Counted from the first letter of the stretch, positions 10,389 through 20,880 are shown. The stretch is DNA of 64,000 nt from Phormidesmis sp. (GCA_965248535.1 CBDFJR010000002.1:128001-192000), one strand, 5' to 3'. Numbers and translations are program-made. The notes: generated from the letters alone by a model not told the origin.

Positions 10389-12170
10389 ATGGCTAGCGGA
10401 TTTTCGTTTATCTCTACCTCCTCTCGCATCAACCAAAGCCGATCGCAACGCTCTCACCGCTCTGTGTTGCTGTTTATGGTGGCGACCACGTTGATTAGTG
10501 GCTGCCTGTTTCGGCTAGCCCAGTTGCAGATTGTGCAGGGGCATCACAATCGCCAGCTTGCCGATCAAAATCGCATTCGTCCCTTGCCGATCGTGTCCGA
10601 TCGCGGCAATATCTTCGATCGCAGAGGTCTGCCCCTCGCCGCTAACCAGTTGTCTCGATCGATCTATCTCTATCCCCGTGAGCAGTCGATGCAGCAATGG
10701 CAAGCCACCGCCGTTCGACTCAGCAAGATTCTCGACACGCCCGCCGAAGAGATGCTTAAAAAGCTTAAACAAGTCGGCTATCGATCGGCGGTTCCGGTTC
10801 GCGTCTATCGCAACCTCACCCCTCCCCAATTTGTAGCGCTGGCCGAGGTCGGGCAAATCCCTGGGTTAGAGATTCAGGCAGAGTCTAGCCGCTATTACCC
10901 AAACGGCAATCTGGCGGCTCACATTTTGGGCTATATCGGTGAAGCCACGGCTGACGATCTCAAAGCCAACCCCGACATCCCGATGGGGATGCTGCTGGGG
11001 CAGATGGGCATTGAGCGCATTGCTGATCCCAGTCTGCGCGGCAAGTGGGGCAGTCACCTGCTCGAAGTCGATTCAGTCGGCAAAGAGTTGAGACTGCTGG
11101 GCGAACAAAAGCCCGTATCCGGGTCTGATCTAAAGCTGACGATCGACCTCAAACTTCAGCAAGCGGCAGAAAAAGCCCTAAACAACCAGCGAGGCGCAGT
11201 GGTGGCCCTAAATGTCAAGACAGGAGCCGTTTTGGTCATGGCCAGCGGGCCCACCTTTGATCCCAATCTGTTCACTCGCAAGATCTCAACCCAAGAGTGG
11301 AAAGACCTTCAGGGGCAAGATCATCCTTTCCTCAATCGGAGTTTGCAGGGCTATCCGCCGGGCAGCACCTTTAAAATTGTCACCACTTCGGCGGGCATTC
11401 AGTCGGGCAAGTTTTCGTCTGACTCGGTGCTGCCCACGTTTGGGGCGATTAATATTGGCGGCACCCTGTTTCATGAGCATGGGGGCAGTGGCTATGGAAC
11501 GATCGGGTTTCGTGATGCCCTTGCCTTTAGCAGCAACACCTTCTTTTATCAGGTGGGCATGGCCGTGGGCCCGAATGAGATCTCAAAATGGGGTCATCGG
11601 CTCGGCATTGGTGAAACTGCCTCAATGGGGCTAGAAGGCGGAAGTCACGGGGTGATCCCCACTCCTGAGCAAAAGCAGAAACTCTATGGCGAACCCTGGT
11701 ATGGCGGAGATACCGTGAGTATGGCGATCGGGCAAGGCGTAGTTCAAGTCACCCCCCTCGAACTGGCGGTGATGGTGTCTGCGATCGCCAATGGCGGTTA
11801 TCGGGTCAAACCCCATCTGATGGCTGACCAAACCAACACGCCCGCCACCATGCGCGAAGCAACCGGGCTAAAGCCAGAGACGATCGAGGTGATTCGCGAT
11901 GGGCTGGCAGCGGTGGTCAAAGAAGGCACGGCTCGTCGATTGAGCGATGGTTCGATTCCGCCGACGGCTGGCAAGACAGGCACGGCTGAAGTGATTGGGC
12001 AGCGAGACAATGCGCTCTATGTTGGCTATGGCCCGTTGAATGATCCTCAAATTGCGATCGCGGTCGTAGTTGAAAATGGTGGATTTGGAGCCGAATCTGC
12101 GGTGCCGATCGCCCACGAAATCTATAAAGCCTATTTTGGAACGCCCAAATCTGCGCCCCCGATTCAGTAA
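10389..12170 (+). CDS. mrdA: Penicillin-binding protein 2
   Basis: N-terminal TM, RGNIFDR, GSTFK (SxxK), SSN, GKTGTAE. Confidence 0.92.
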   Translation: MASGFSFISTSSRINQSRSQRSHRSVLLFMVATTLISGCLFRLAQLQIVQGHHNRQLADQNRIRPLPIVSDRGNIFDRRGLPLAANQLSRSIYLYPREQSMQQWQATAVRLSKILDTPAEEMLKKLKQVGYRSAVPVRVYRNLTPPQFVALAEVGQIPGLEIQAESSRYYPNGNLAAHILGYIGEATADDLKANPDIPMGMLLGQMGIERIADPSLRGKWGSHLLEVDSVGKELRLLGEQKPVSGSDLKLTIDLKLQQAAEKALNNQRGAVVALNVKTGAVLVMASGPTFDPNLFTRKISTQEWKDLQGQDHPFLNRSLQGYPPGSTFKIVTTSAGIQSGKFSSDSVLPTFGAINIGGTLFHEHGGSGYGTIGFRDALAFSSNTFFYQVGMAVGPNEISKWGHRLGIGETASMGLEGGSHGVIPTPEQKQKLYGEPWYGGDTVSMAIGQGVVQVTPLELAVMVSAIANGGYRVKPHLMADQTNTPATMREATGLKPETIEVIRDGLAAVVKEGTARRLSDGSIPPTAGKTGTAEVIGQRDNALYVGYGPLNDPQIAIAVVVENGGFGAESAVPIAHEIYKAYFGTPKSAPPIQ

Positions 12171-12204
12171 ACTTTCGTTTAGATTAGAGTCTGTGCAGTG
12201 CTAA

Positions 12205-13407
12205 GTGGCAATGGTGAAACAACTCAAGCCTCGATATTCTGTTGCCTGGATTAATAAGATTTCTGAGATCCCTCAAGCCGAGTGGGATGCGTTGGCGATG
12301 CCGCTCAAAACCCCATTCTTTGAGTGGGACTGGCTGCACAACATGGAAACATCGGGCAGCACGACCGCAAAATCGGGCTGGTTGCCCAATCACCTGACGG
12401 TTTGGCGCGATCGGGCTTTGATTGCGATCGCGCCCCTCTATCTCAAAGGTCACAGCTATGGCGAGTTTGTCTTTGATCATCAGTGGGCCGATCTGGCCAG
12501 CCGATTAGGAGTCGAATACTATCCCAAACTGTTGGGCATGTCTCCGTTTACGCCTGCCGAGGGCTATCGTTTTTTGATTGCCCCCGGCGAAGATGAAGAT
12601 GAATTGACCGAGGTGATGGTGGGCGAAATCGACCAGTTTTGCACGCGCAACCGGATTTCTGGCTGCAACTTTTTATATGTTGACCCCGCGTGGCGATCGC
12701 AGATGGAGTCGCACGGGTTTAGCACCTGGCAGCACCACAGCTACATCTGGCAAAATCAGGGTTACAGCACGTTTGATGATTATTTAGGGGCATTCAACGC
12801 CAATCAGCGACGCAACATCAAGCGAGAACGCAAAGCCGTCGGGCAAGCCGGATTGTATCTAAAAGCTTTTACAGGAGACGCGATTCCTGAACTGCTGTTT
12901 CCGACGATGTACAGCTTTTATAGCGACACCTGCGATAAGTTTGGCTGGTGGGGCAGTAAGTATTTGACAAAGCGATTTTTTGAGCAACTGCACCCCCAAT
13001 TTTCTAACCGAGTGGTGTTTTTTGCGGCGTATAGTGAACAGGATGATCAGCGCCCGATCGGGATGTCATTTTGCTTGACCAAGGGCGATCGCTTATATGG
13101 ACGCTATTGGGGATCGCTGCAAGAAATTGACTGTTTGCACTTTGATGCTTGCTACTATTCTCCGATCGAGTGGGCGATTCAAAACGGCATTCAACTCTTT
13201 GATCCGGGTGCAGGTGGCCCCCACAAAAAACGCCGTGGGTTTCCGGCCACGGCCAACTATTCTCTGCATCGATTTTATAATAGCCGCCTGTCTCAAATCT
13301 TGCGTTCACACATTGCTCAAGTTAATGATCTAGAGCAGCAAGAGATTGACGCAATCAATCAAGATTTGCCGTTCAAACAAGAATCTATTAACTTCAAAAT
13401 TGATTGA
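12205..13407 (+). CDS. FemAB-like GNAT family protein (DUF482)
   Basis: HSYGEFVFDHQWA, LYGRYWG, LHFDACYY, FDPGAGG.HK..RGF. Confidence 0.88.
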   Translation: MAMVKQLKPRYSVAWINKISEIPQAEWDALAMPLKTPFFEWDWLHNMETSGSTTAKSGWLPNHLTVWRDRALIAIAPLYLKGHSYGEFVFDHQWADLASRLGVEYYPKLLGMSPFTPAEGYRFLIAPGEDEDELTEVMVGEIDQFCTRNRISGCNFLYVDPAWRSQMESHGFSTWQHHSYIWQNQGYSTFDDYLGAFNANQRRNIKRERKAVGQAGLYLKAFTGDAIPELLFPTMYSFYSDTCDKFGWWGSKYLTKRFFEQLHPQFSNRVVFFAAYSEQDDQRPIGMSFCLTKGDRLYGRYWGSLQEIDCLHFDACYYSPIEWAIQNGIQLFDPGAGGPHKKRRGFPATANYSLHRFYNSRLSQILRSHIAQVNDLEQQEIDAINQDLPFKQESINFKID

Positions 13408-13491
13408 GAATGGGATGATTTAGAAAACAGCCCTGCCCCTTCTCTATCAGGTAGAGAAGGCTATAATAGAGAACGCTTTTAAAGTTTGACT

Positions 13492-13875
13492 ATGAACCAG
13501 ACTGTTGCCGATACTACTGCTCTAGATAACCAGCTTTCTAACCGCTTTATTGAACTCGACCCCAACGGTTATTTTATTATTTATCTCGATCGCGACCATC
13601 ATTTAATTTGTGCAAAACATTTCACAAATGTGATTAATGATCAAGGGTTAGCGTGTGACCCTCAAACAGGTGCGCCACTGCCTTGCAACAGCACGCTACA
13701 GCGCCAATCCAGCACAATTTTTAAGGGCAGAACGGCTAAAGAACTTTGCGTTGAACTGTTTGAAAAACCTGAACATTGCGTTGTGACTCGTCTAGATCAC
13801 GCGGCTTATTTAGGCAGAGAATTTGTCCGCGCAGAGGTCGCACTGTTAACCGGGCAAGATTACATTCAAGACTAA
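13492..13875 (+). CDS. DUF4346 domain protein
   Basis: LDPNGYFIIY...GRTAKEL...LDHAAYLGREF.RAE.AL..GQDYIQD. Confidence 0.82.
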   Translation: MNQTVADTTALDNQLSNRFIELDPNGYFIIYLDRDHHLICAKHFTNVINDQGLACDPQTGAPLPCNSTLQRQSSTIFKGRTAKELCVELFEKPEHCVVTRLDHAAYLGREFVRAEVALLTGQDYIQD

Positions 13876-13939
13876 TGGTCTTGACAACGGACTCATTAAT
13901 AACCCGTTGTCAATCTCAGATGCTTTTTGCAGACAGCGA

Positions 13940-14632
13940 TTATTTTACATACCAAAAATAAGTTGCCATGGGGATAATCGTCGCTGCAATCAACAGCCCA
14001 ATTACCCAAACGGTGGCATTGCTTTCCTGGGTCTGTTCAGGAGTTGCAAACGTGCCTTCAACCTGAATCGTGTCTTTGACAACGGGCGGGCCGGGATCTT
14101 CTTGACCCGACAGAACGGCTACTAGGCGATCGCTGGCATCCAAAAATCCCTGATTATAGCGTTCACCAATTTTTAACGGCACTTGCAGAGTTTCTTGAGC
14201 CACACTGTGAGCGATCGCGTCTGACATGATCGCCTTTGCCTGCTCACCCGTGTAAATAGCGCTGTTGTTGGTCAGCTTGTCGAGCACCATCAGGGTTTGG
14301 TTGGCTTGCGCGTCAGGGGTCACAAACCACTGCTTAAATAGTTTTTCGGTAAACGACTCGATCGTTTCGTCATAATCTAAGCCGCGAATCGTGACAAATC
14401 GGACTTCTTGACCCGTTTTTGCCTTGAGATCGGTGAATGACTCGGTGATCTTGCCTTCACTAAACCGACTCAAAATATTGGCTAAATCTAAAACCTGTGA
14501 ATCTGCGGGAATGCCCGGAACCTCATAGAGACTCGTAGCCTGGGCAGGCGCAACCACTAATTGGGTGGTCAAAATTAAAGCAACGATCGGCAAAATCCAA
14601 CGGTTGCTAAGAGCGGAGAGGAGCTTTCTCAT
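13940..14632 (-). CDS. psb32: Photosystem II repair protein Psb32 (TPM domain)
   Basis: Signal peptide, TPM-like core, C-terminal LSG..DPGPP and TIIPMATYFWY. Confidence 0.85.
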   Translation of the reverse strand: MRKLLSALSNRWILPIVALILTTQLVVAPAQATSLYEVPGIPADSQVLDLANILSRFSEGKITESFTDLKAKTGQEVRFVTIRGLDYDETIESFTEKLFKQWFVTPDAQANQTLMVLDKLTNNSAIYTGEQAKAIMSDAIAHSVAQETLQVPLKIGERYNQGFLDASDRLVAVLSGQEDPGPPVVKDTIQVEGTFATPEQTQESNATVWVIGLLIAATIIPMATYFWYVK

Positions 14633-14759
14633 GGGCGATCGACCTTCAGACGACATCTTTTTAGACACAACGGTGATAAATAACGTGAGGAGTTTAAACT
14701 CTTCTCATTAATTACATTACAATTTTTGACAGACTTTGAATCGCAAGGAGCTAATTCAC

Positions 14760-15197
14760 ATGCCTCTTTCTGTTGGCGATAGTGCCCCTAATTTCACCGC
14801 TAAAGATACGAACGGCAACACGGTTTCCTTGTCAAGCTATGCAGGTAAGCCTGTGGTTATCTATTTTTACCCTAAAGATGACACCCCCGGCTGCACAAAA
14901 GAAGCCTGTAGTTTTCGAGATAACTACGCGCAATATCTCAGCAAAGGAGTCACCGTTTTTGGGGTCAGCATGGATGATGAAGCGTCTCACCAGAAGTTTA
15001 CTGAGAAGTTTAGTCTGCCGTTTCCTCTACTAGCCGATACTGACGGTGCGCTCACTAAGGCGTTTGATGTCGATGGTGGCGGCTATTCTAAACGGGTCAC
15101 CTATGTGATTGATGGCGCTGGCAAAATTAGCCAGGTTTACACCACGGTTAAAACTGACACTCACGCCACCGATATCTTGGCTGAGATGGGCAGCTAA
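14760..15197 (+). CDS. bcp: Peroxiredoxin Q / BCP
   Basis: YFYPKDDTPGCTKEACSFRD. Confidence 0.93.
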   Translation: MPLSVGDSAPNFTAKDTNGNTVSLSSYAGKPVVIYFYPKDDTPGCTKEACSFRDNYAQYLSKGVTVFGVSMDDEASHQKFTEKFSLPFPLLADTDGALTKAFDVDGGGYSKRVTYVIDGAGKISQVYTTVKTDTHATDILAEMGS

Positions 15198-15509
15198 ATT
15201 CTCTCTAGGGTTGTGGGTTGAGTCGTATCGGGCACTGCACAGGCAACGGATACGGCGATGCCCTTCCGCTTGACGTTCCCACTTCTTTGCTGAGGAGGGA
15301 ACGTTTTTTGTGAAGCGCTTGATGAAATTCTTAAGTTTGATGGAGAGTGGGGGCATTCTCTCTGAGGTGAGTCAGGCTTAGACAATTGAGCTAAATTGTT
15401 AGGGTTCTTGGCTCGATCGTTGAGCAATCATCTCGCGAAACTGCTAACTCAAGCCGTTTTTTAACAGATAAGTCTGGCGGCACTGTTCACTCTATTCGGG
15501 GCGATTTCT

Positions 15510-17126
15510 ATGACCGACACCACCGCGACCAGCACTCTCTCATCACCCGGAGTCACGACTCCTCCAACTTATTCAGGGCCTAAAGAGGTTTTGATCAACA
15601 AGCCTGTGACGCTAAAAGGCACCTATGATGCAACGCGCATCACTCAGGTTACACTGTCTGCTGAAGATAAGTTTCCGCTTAAGGTCACGACCAATGCTGG
15701 AACTTGGCAGGTGATGATGCCGAATGGATTTTCGACGGCAGGGTCGCGATGGCTGCGGTTAAAAGGCACCGATAGCGCGGGTAAGGTGATTGAGAATCGG
15801 GTTTTTTATATCACGGTGAGCAGTGACCCGTTGACGATCGGGCAATCTTTAACGCTCAAAGTTTTACAAGATACGTTTTTTAAGGCGGCTCCGGCTGATT
15901 CTTCAACGCTCAACGATCAGCAAAAAGTTTTAGTCAAGGCAGGACAGTCGTTTAGCGTCAATCGCTACGGCTCGATCGATGGCCACGTCAAGCTAGAGTT
16001 GGGTGAAGCGATTGCCCCGATCGGCAACTTTGGCTATTTTTATGACAGCCATGTGCAGTTAAGCAAAGGCACTCAGATCTTTCGCTTTAATCTTGAAGAC
16101 GTTCCTGATGTCTCGGTGACGGCTCAGTTGATGATCGCGACCACCACGATTCTCAAGGCAAAGTTAGGAGACTCTTCAACCCTGGCGGCTAATCAAAAAA
16201 CCAATGTGATGCAGGGACAAACCTATGCCATCACGGGCTATGCCTGTGTGAGTGGCCACTTTCGCGTTAAGCTGGCCGACCCGATCGCTGGGTTTGGCGA
16301 TGTAGGCTTTGTCTATTGGAAGTTTGCTCAGATTAAGCGCAACGGCAAGTCCATCCCCTACGACTCAGATGCTTTGACGGTGACGGCGCTCACGACGACG
16401 ATTTTTAAAAAGCGTCCCGTTGATTCGACCCAGCTACAGGCGACAGAGAGAGCCAACTTCAACGCAGGAGCTTTATATGGCGTGTCTAGCTATGCGATTC
16501 AGGGTGGGCACATCAAGGTGGCGCTGACTGAAGAGTTGCCCGGTTTTGGCAATACGGGGTTTGTCTTTCCAAGCTTTGCCCAGATGAAACGCGGTGGGCG
16601 GCCGTTTAACCCGATTCCGCCGACGGTTGAGATGAATGTGCCTTATTTTTCTCAGAGAGATAACCCTCGCTATTATTGGTCAACCTGTAATGTGACCTCG
16701 ATCGCGATGGTCTTTTACTATTACGGGATTCGTTCTAAAGACGGCGGTCAGCTAGAAGATGAACTCTTGCAGTGGTGTCTCAATCAAGGCGGGGAGGGCG
16801 CTCAAACCAATCACAATGTTCTTTCTCAACTGATCCAGTCCTACGGGTTTAAGCCTAGCTTTAATATCAACCGCACCTGGCAAGATGTTAAAGAAGAACT
16901 GATCAACGGTCGTCCGGTCGTCTTATGCGGACTGTTTACCCATGGGGGGCACATTGTGACGGCCATCGGCTACACGTCTCAGGGCTATATTGTGAATGAC
17001 CCTTGGGGCGATGCGATGTCTGGCTACGCCAACACTGAGGGCCGAAAGCGGTTATATCCCTATAGCTATGTTGATGAAGTGGCTGGGCCCGATGGGAAAG
17101 TGTGGGCACATTTTATTGCTAAGTAG
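15510..17126 (+). CDS. C39-like peptidase with N-terminal repeated cyanobacterial beta domains
   Basis: VPYFSQRDN...TCNVTS...GHIV...NDPWG catalytic set; three repeats of the T.FK....SS.L pattern. Confidence 0.82.
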   Translation: MTDTTATSTLSSPGVTTPPTYSGPKEVLINKPVTLKGTYDATRITQVTLSAEDKFPLKVTTNAGTWQVMMPNGFSTAGSRWLRLKGTDSAGKVIENRVFYITVSSDPLTIGQSLTLKVLQDTFFKAAPADSSTLNDQQKVLVKAGQSFSVNRYGSIDGHVKLELGEAIAPIGNFGYFYDSHVQLSKGTQIFRFNLEDVPDVSVTAQLMIATTTILKAKLGDSSTLAANQKTNVMQGQTYAITGYACVSGHFRVKLADPIAGFGDVGFVYWKFAQIKRNGKSIPYDSDALTVTALTTTIFKKRPVDSTQLQATERANFNAGALYGVSSYAIQGGHIKVALTEELPGFGNTGFVFPSFAQMKRGGRPFNPIPPTVEMNVPYFSQRDNPRYYWSTCNVTSIAMVFYYYGIRSKDGGQLEDELLQWCLNQGGEGAQTNHNVLSQLIQSYGFKPSFNINRTWQDVKEELINGRPVVLCGLFTHGGHIVTAIGYTSQGYIVNDPWGDAMSGYANTEGRKRLYPYSYVDEVAGPDGKVWAHFIAK

Positions 17127-17290
17127 CGATCGCTCTACTTGCCGCAGTCGTTTGTCAGCTTAGGTTGCTCGATCGGCACTTAGGCTGCAAGGAGTCCAAT
17201 CTAATTGTCTTCTTGGTGAATTAGACTGCGAAGCTGTCAGCCTAATCTTGTGAGGAGAGAAAGTTGATGTGTGTGTGCCATACTCCCTAA

Positions 17291-17500
17291 GAGGATGTTT
17301 GAAACGTATCGAAAGTTTCTTTGCTGCGTTGCCGTCCCGCCCGTGACTGCAAGTCCGGGCTAACGGTGCAAAACCCGTTGAAACGGGTTGAATTCAACTG
17401 CTACCAGGCGTTTAGTCCCTTCAGTGGACTTCGTTCTGTTAGCCCGGATTTTCAATCACGGGCGGGTTGTGCTAGCAACGACTACTTTTCAAACACCCTC
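17291..17500. mobile_element. 210-bp MITE with IS-like terminal inverted repeats and a long internal palindrome
   Basis: GAGGATGTTTGAAA (17291-17304) / TTTCAAACACCCTC (17487-17500), flanked by CTAA/TTAG; internal IR CCCGCCCGTGA..TCCGGGCTAAC / GTTAGCCCGGA..TCACGGGCGGG. Confidence 0.75.
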
Positions 17501-17638
17501 TTAGCAAACAATCGATTGAAAGAGGATATCAGGCGATCGCCAAAAACTCAGTTGAGTTAGCCGAAAGGAAAAGTCCACGTCCAGAGTTCACTTTGAAGCC
17601 ACGTATGGGTGGAAACAGATAAGTAATCCTCAGGGGCA

Positions 17639-17959
17639 TTAATGTTTTCTCTCGTTCTTAAGTTGGTCTTGAAGACGTTCCCAAGATCCCTCTAGTAGAG
17701 TTAAGATTGTTGTAGCCCCAACAATAATCCGCCGACGTAAATATGGTTCAACTTGAAAAGCGATAGCGCTAACAAATAGAGCCTTAAGATACCCAATGAA
17801 CACGCCTATAGATAGAACTGTTAGTACAGCTTTCCCTAAAGCTGGAGATGCAAGCAAAAAAGGGTGGATTCTTACCAGCCAAACAACCGAAAAGTGTACA
17901 AATGCTGAACTAGGAATACACCAAATTAAGGAAGTAGAAAGAACTTTGAAGTCATGCAT
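17639..17959 (-). CDS. Hypothetical membrane protein, possibly a remnant
   Basis: 106-aa hydrophobic ORF in AT-rich DNA downstream of tRNA-Cys; no recognised motif. Confidence 0.35.
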   Translation of the reverse strand: MHDFKVLSTSLIWCIPSSAFVHFSVVWLVRIHPFLLASPALGKAVLTVLSIGVFIGYLKALFVSAIAFQVEPYLRRRIIVGATTILTLLEGSWERLQDQLKNERKH

Positions 17960-18059
17960 AGGTGAGAATGCTCACCCTAACACGGGCACTTTTGAGCCGT
18001 GCATTAGCCTGATGAATTCTGTCTTGCATACCTTGCTTAAATCTTGCTTAGATTTGCAG

Positions 18060-18095
18060 GTACATAGAGGTACATTTAAGTACATGTGGGTACAT
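18060..18095. repeat. Four GTACAT hexamers at exact 10-bp spacing
   Basis: GTACAT starts at 18060, 18070, 18080 and 18090. Confidence 0.85.
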
Positions 18096-18169
18096 TAAGC
18101 AGTTTCAGTTCTTTCCTGAAACCATTGACTAGCAAGACTTTGACTCAGTTTTCAGACATGAGAAATTAA

Positions 18170-18240
<71 letters not shown>

Positions 18241-18367
18241 GATCGATGAAGCTAATGAGCTTCATTTTTGCAGGTACTATAGCTTACCAAACTTCAGGTC
18301 AGAGTTTTGCAAGAATCTCAAATCATTTATCTATCCGTGTCTGGGGGAATTGAGAAAACTCAACCTG

Positions 18368-19612
18368 TTAAAAGACAGTGCCATCGCTCTCAATGCGAAT
18401 AGGAGAAGCACCGCCAGGTCTTTGGTGGGCGGCAATTTTTCGGCCAGCGGCCCAAGTGCCGCCTTGTAGCACTTTAACCAACGGAAGGTCAGAGACGCTC
18501 AGATTGAGTCGTTGGCGCATGGTATGAGCGATCGCGTCTAACAGGCAAACGGTGAGGGCGCGCCATTCAATAATCACCGCTGACCCTGGTAAGTGGGAGT
18601 GCTCCCAAATTTGCTGATCTTTGACGTTTAACAGCCCTAGGTCGAGACACAATCCGCCATTTCGATATTCTGGCAGCCCGGTTAGGGCATCTAGATCAGT
18701 CATCTCTAAGCCTAATTCTTGCAGGGGTTCTAGCAGAGAATAGGTGAGCCATTGAGACAGTTTGTGAAAGGGCACTAATTTATCGCTGATCTCGTTTCCG
18801 GGCAGAGTTGGATGGAGCCAAACATCTCCCAGGTTGATCCCTGCGATCGCGACTCGCCCAGACCAGATTTCTCCAAAGCCTTCTAGAACGGCGTTGAGGA
18901 TGATCGGGGCTGAGAGCTTGCCATCTTGGGACTGTTCTAAAAGATAACTAACCAGGTTTCCGGGACGGGGATGGGTGTCTCCAAACCAGCTTGGGCGCTT
19001 TTGCAGGGCTTGACCCAGTTTTTGCAGTAGGTGCGATCGTCCTTCTACCCCTACGAGCGGATTTTGATCAGTAACTTGCAAACGGTCTGCCAGAGCGCTT
19101 GGCGTTAGTTGGCGCAGCCCGTCTGCGTCAGTTTGATAGCACCGATCGGGGTCGCTAGAAAACCCTCCCTGGCAGAATAAATCAAAACTGGCGATCGCTA
19201 ACCCTTCTGATCGAGTCCACGTTTGCCCAAGGTCAGACTCAACATAGCGCCAGCGATCGCCAGCGCCCGCATCGAGCAAGACACTGGGAATGACGAGATC
19301 AAACTTTGCTTTGGCTCTTTCTAAGGGAGACAGCGGGGCGAGGGCGCGATCGAGGCGCTTCATTCTCGACAGCGTTCCGACTTCAAAGTGTCGCCAGCGA
19401 CTGTGAAACGGAATCTGCAAATCTGGGTAGTGATGGCGAGTGACAGCAATCACATAATCAGACACCTGCTCTAACTGAGTCAGATCGCACCGAAAATAGC
19501 GAAGTTGATCGGCTTGGGCTAAGGCAAAAAGCTTGCCACAGCGCTCTCTAATCGCTTGAGGAGACCTCAGATAAGCGATCGTATCGACTTCAGAAGGGAG
19601 TTGAGCAGGCAT
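18368..19612 (-). CDS. URC4/Urg3 family protein (DUF1688)
   Basis: IPFHSRWRHF, SVLLDAGAG..W, RSEGLA, PFHKLSQWLTYSL, LTGLPEYRNGGL, SDGTVF. Confidence 0.9.
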   Translation of the reverse strand: MPAQLPSEVDTIAYLRSPQAIRERCGKLFALAQADQLRYFRCDLTQLEQVSDYVIAVTRHHYPDLQIPFHSRWRHFEVGTLSRMKRLDRALAPLSPLERAKAKFDLVIPSVLLDAGAGDRWRYVESDLGQTWTRSEGLAIASFDLFCQGGFSSDPDRCYQTDADGLRQLTPSALADRLQVTDQNPLVGVEGRSHLLQKLGQALQKRPSWFGDTHPRPGNLVSYLLEQSQDGKLSAPIILNAVLEGFGEIWSGRVAIAGINLGDVWLHPTLPGNEISDKLVPFHKLSQWLTYSLLEPLQELGLEMTDLDALTGLPEYRNGGLCLDLGLLNVKDQQIWEHSHLPGSAVIIEWRALTVCLLDAIAHTMRQRLNLSVSDLPLVKVLQGGTWAAGRKIAAHQRPGGASPIRIESDGTVF

Positions 19613-20880
19613 TAGTCAGTCAGTCCTCGTCCTTGAATGGCGGCTAGTCCTTCCGCTGTGAGAACTGGGCTTTCGGTGTAGTAACCAGCCGCTTTTTTTG
19701 CCTCGATCTCGACCTGAGCATCTGCCGGAATCAAGTCGTCAGGGATGGCGACTCGCTGAATGACCTGAATGCCAGATTGAGTGATGGCGTTATATTTGAG
19801 GTCGCTCATTGAGACTAAGCGATCGATGCGGGTGATGCCCAGCCAATGCAGCACGTCGGGCATGAGTTCTTGAAAGCGCATATCCTGCACGCCAGCGACA
19901 CATTCAGTGCGAGTGAAGTAGGAATCAGCCCGATCGCCCCCCGTTTGTCGTTTGCGGGCGTTGTAGACCAAAAACTTAGTGACTTCTCCTAGCGCCCGCC
20001 CTTCTTTGCGGAGGTAGACCACCACACCTGCGCCGCCTGCTTGGGCGGTTTGAATGCAGGTTTCGAGTCCGTGTACCAAATAGGGGCGACAGGTGCAAAT
20101 ATCTGAGCCAAAAACATCAGAGCCATTGCATTCATCGTGAACTCTGACAGCCAGAGGTCTATCGGGATCGGTAATTGCTGCTGGGTCGCCAATCATGTAG
20201 ACGGTGATGCCCCCGATCGGGGGCAGAAAAACTTTCAGATCCGGGCGAGTCACCAGATCTGAAAACATGCCGCCCGTGTGGTCAAACAACGCTCGCCGCA
20301 GCAGACTTTCGTCAACGTTAAACCGTTTGGCCAGACCAGGAAGATACCACACAGGCTCGATCGCCGCTTTGATCACTTCTAGGTTGCCGCCTGGCTTCAT
20401 GACCGTGCCATCTTCGACTAAGCGCCCTTTAGCAACCGCGTCTTGAAGCTCTGGCAGGTTAATATGGGCTTTGGTGATAGCGATCGAGGGTCGAATGTCA
20501 TATCCCTGCTGATAGAGAGACTGATAAACATCGCTGACGACAGCCCCAAAGGGGTCGAGAGAAATAATCCGATCGGGGTCTGCCCAAGCCGGGTGCGGGC
20601 CAATTTTAACCACGGGTGAGGTGTTGGTGAGATCAGCCCGGTGGCTTGCTTGCAGTCTGCCGCTGCCCACAGCTAGCGCTCGATAGACTGCATAGGGCCC
20701 TGAATGGGTGCCAATCACGTTGCGGTGGGCAGGGTTGAGCAGGGTGCCCACGATCGGGCCTCGTTCTAGGGGGTCTGCGGCTCCCCAATTAATAACACTG
20801 GCTGGAGAAAATCGCGATGGGTGGGATGCCAGAACCCTACGGTTCTGCTTTGGACTGATGGGCTGACTGACCATAGACAC
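19612..20880 (-). CDS. URC1/Urg1-type GTP cyclohydrolase II family protein
   Basis: RNVIGTHSG N-terminal domain; RVHDECNGSDVFGSDICTCRPY; EGRALGEVTK. Confidence 0.9.
   Translation of the reverse strand: MSMVSQPISPKQNRRVLASHPSRFSPASVINWGAADPLERGPIVGTLLNPAHRNVIGTHSGPYAVYRALAVGSGRLQASHRADLTNTSPVVKIGPHPAWADPDRIISLDPFGAVVSDVYQSLYQQGYDIRPSIAITKAHINLPELQDAVAKGRLVEDGTVMKPGGNLEVIKAAIEPVWYLPGLAKRFNVDESLLRRALFDHTGGMFSDLVTRPDLKVFLPPIGGITVYMIGDPAAITDPDRPLAVRVHDECNGSDVFGSDICTCRPYLVHGLETCIQTAQAGGAGVVVYLRKEGRALGEVTKFLVYNARKRQTGGDRADSYFTRTECVAGVQDMRFQELMPDVLHWLGITRIDRLVSMSDLKYNAITQSGIQVIQRVAIPDDLIPADAQVEIEAKKAAGYYTESPVLTAEGLAAIQGRGLTD

Noticed and set aside
15030..15427. Minus-strand ORFs or an ncRNA between bcp and the C39 peptidase
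   Set aside because: No recognisable motif or RNA family; one ORF overlaps bcp.
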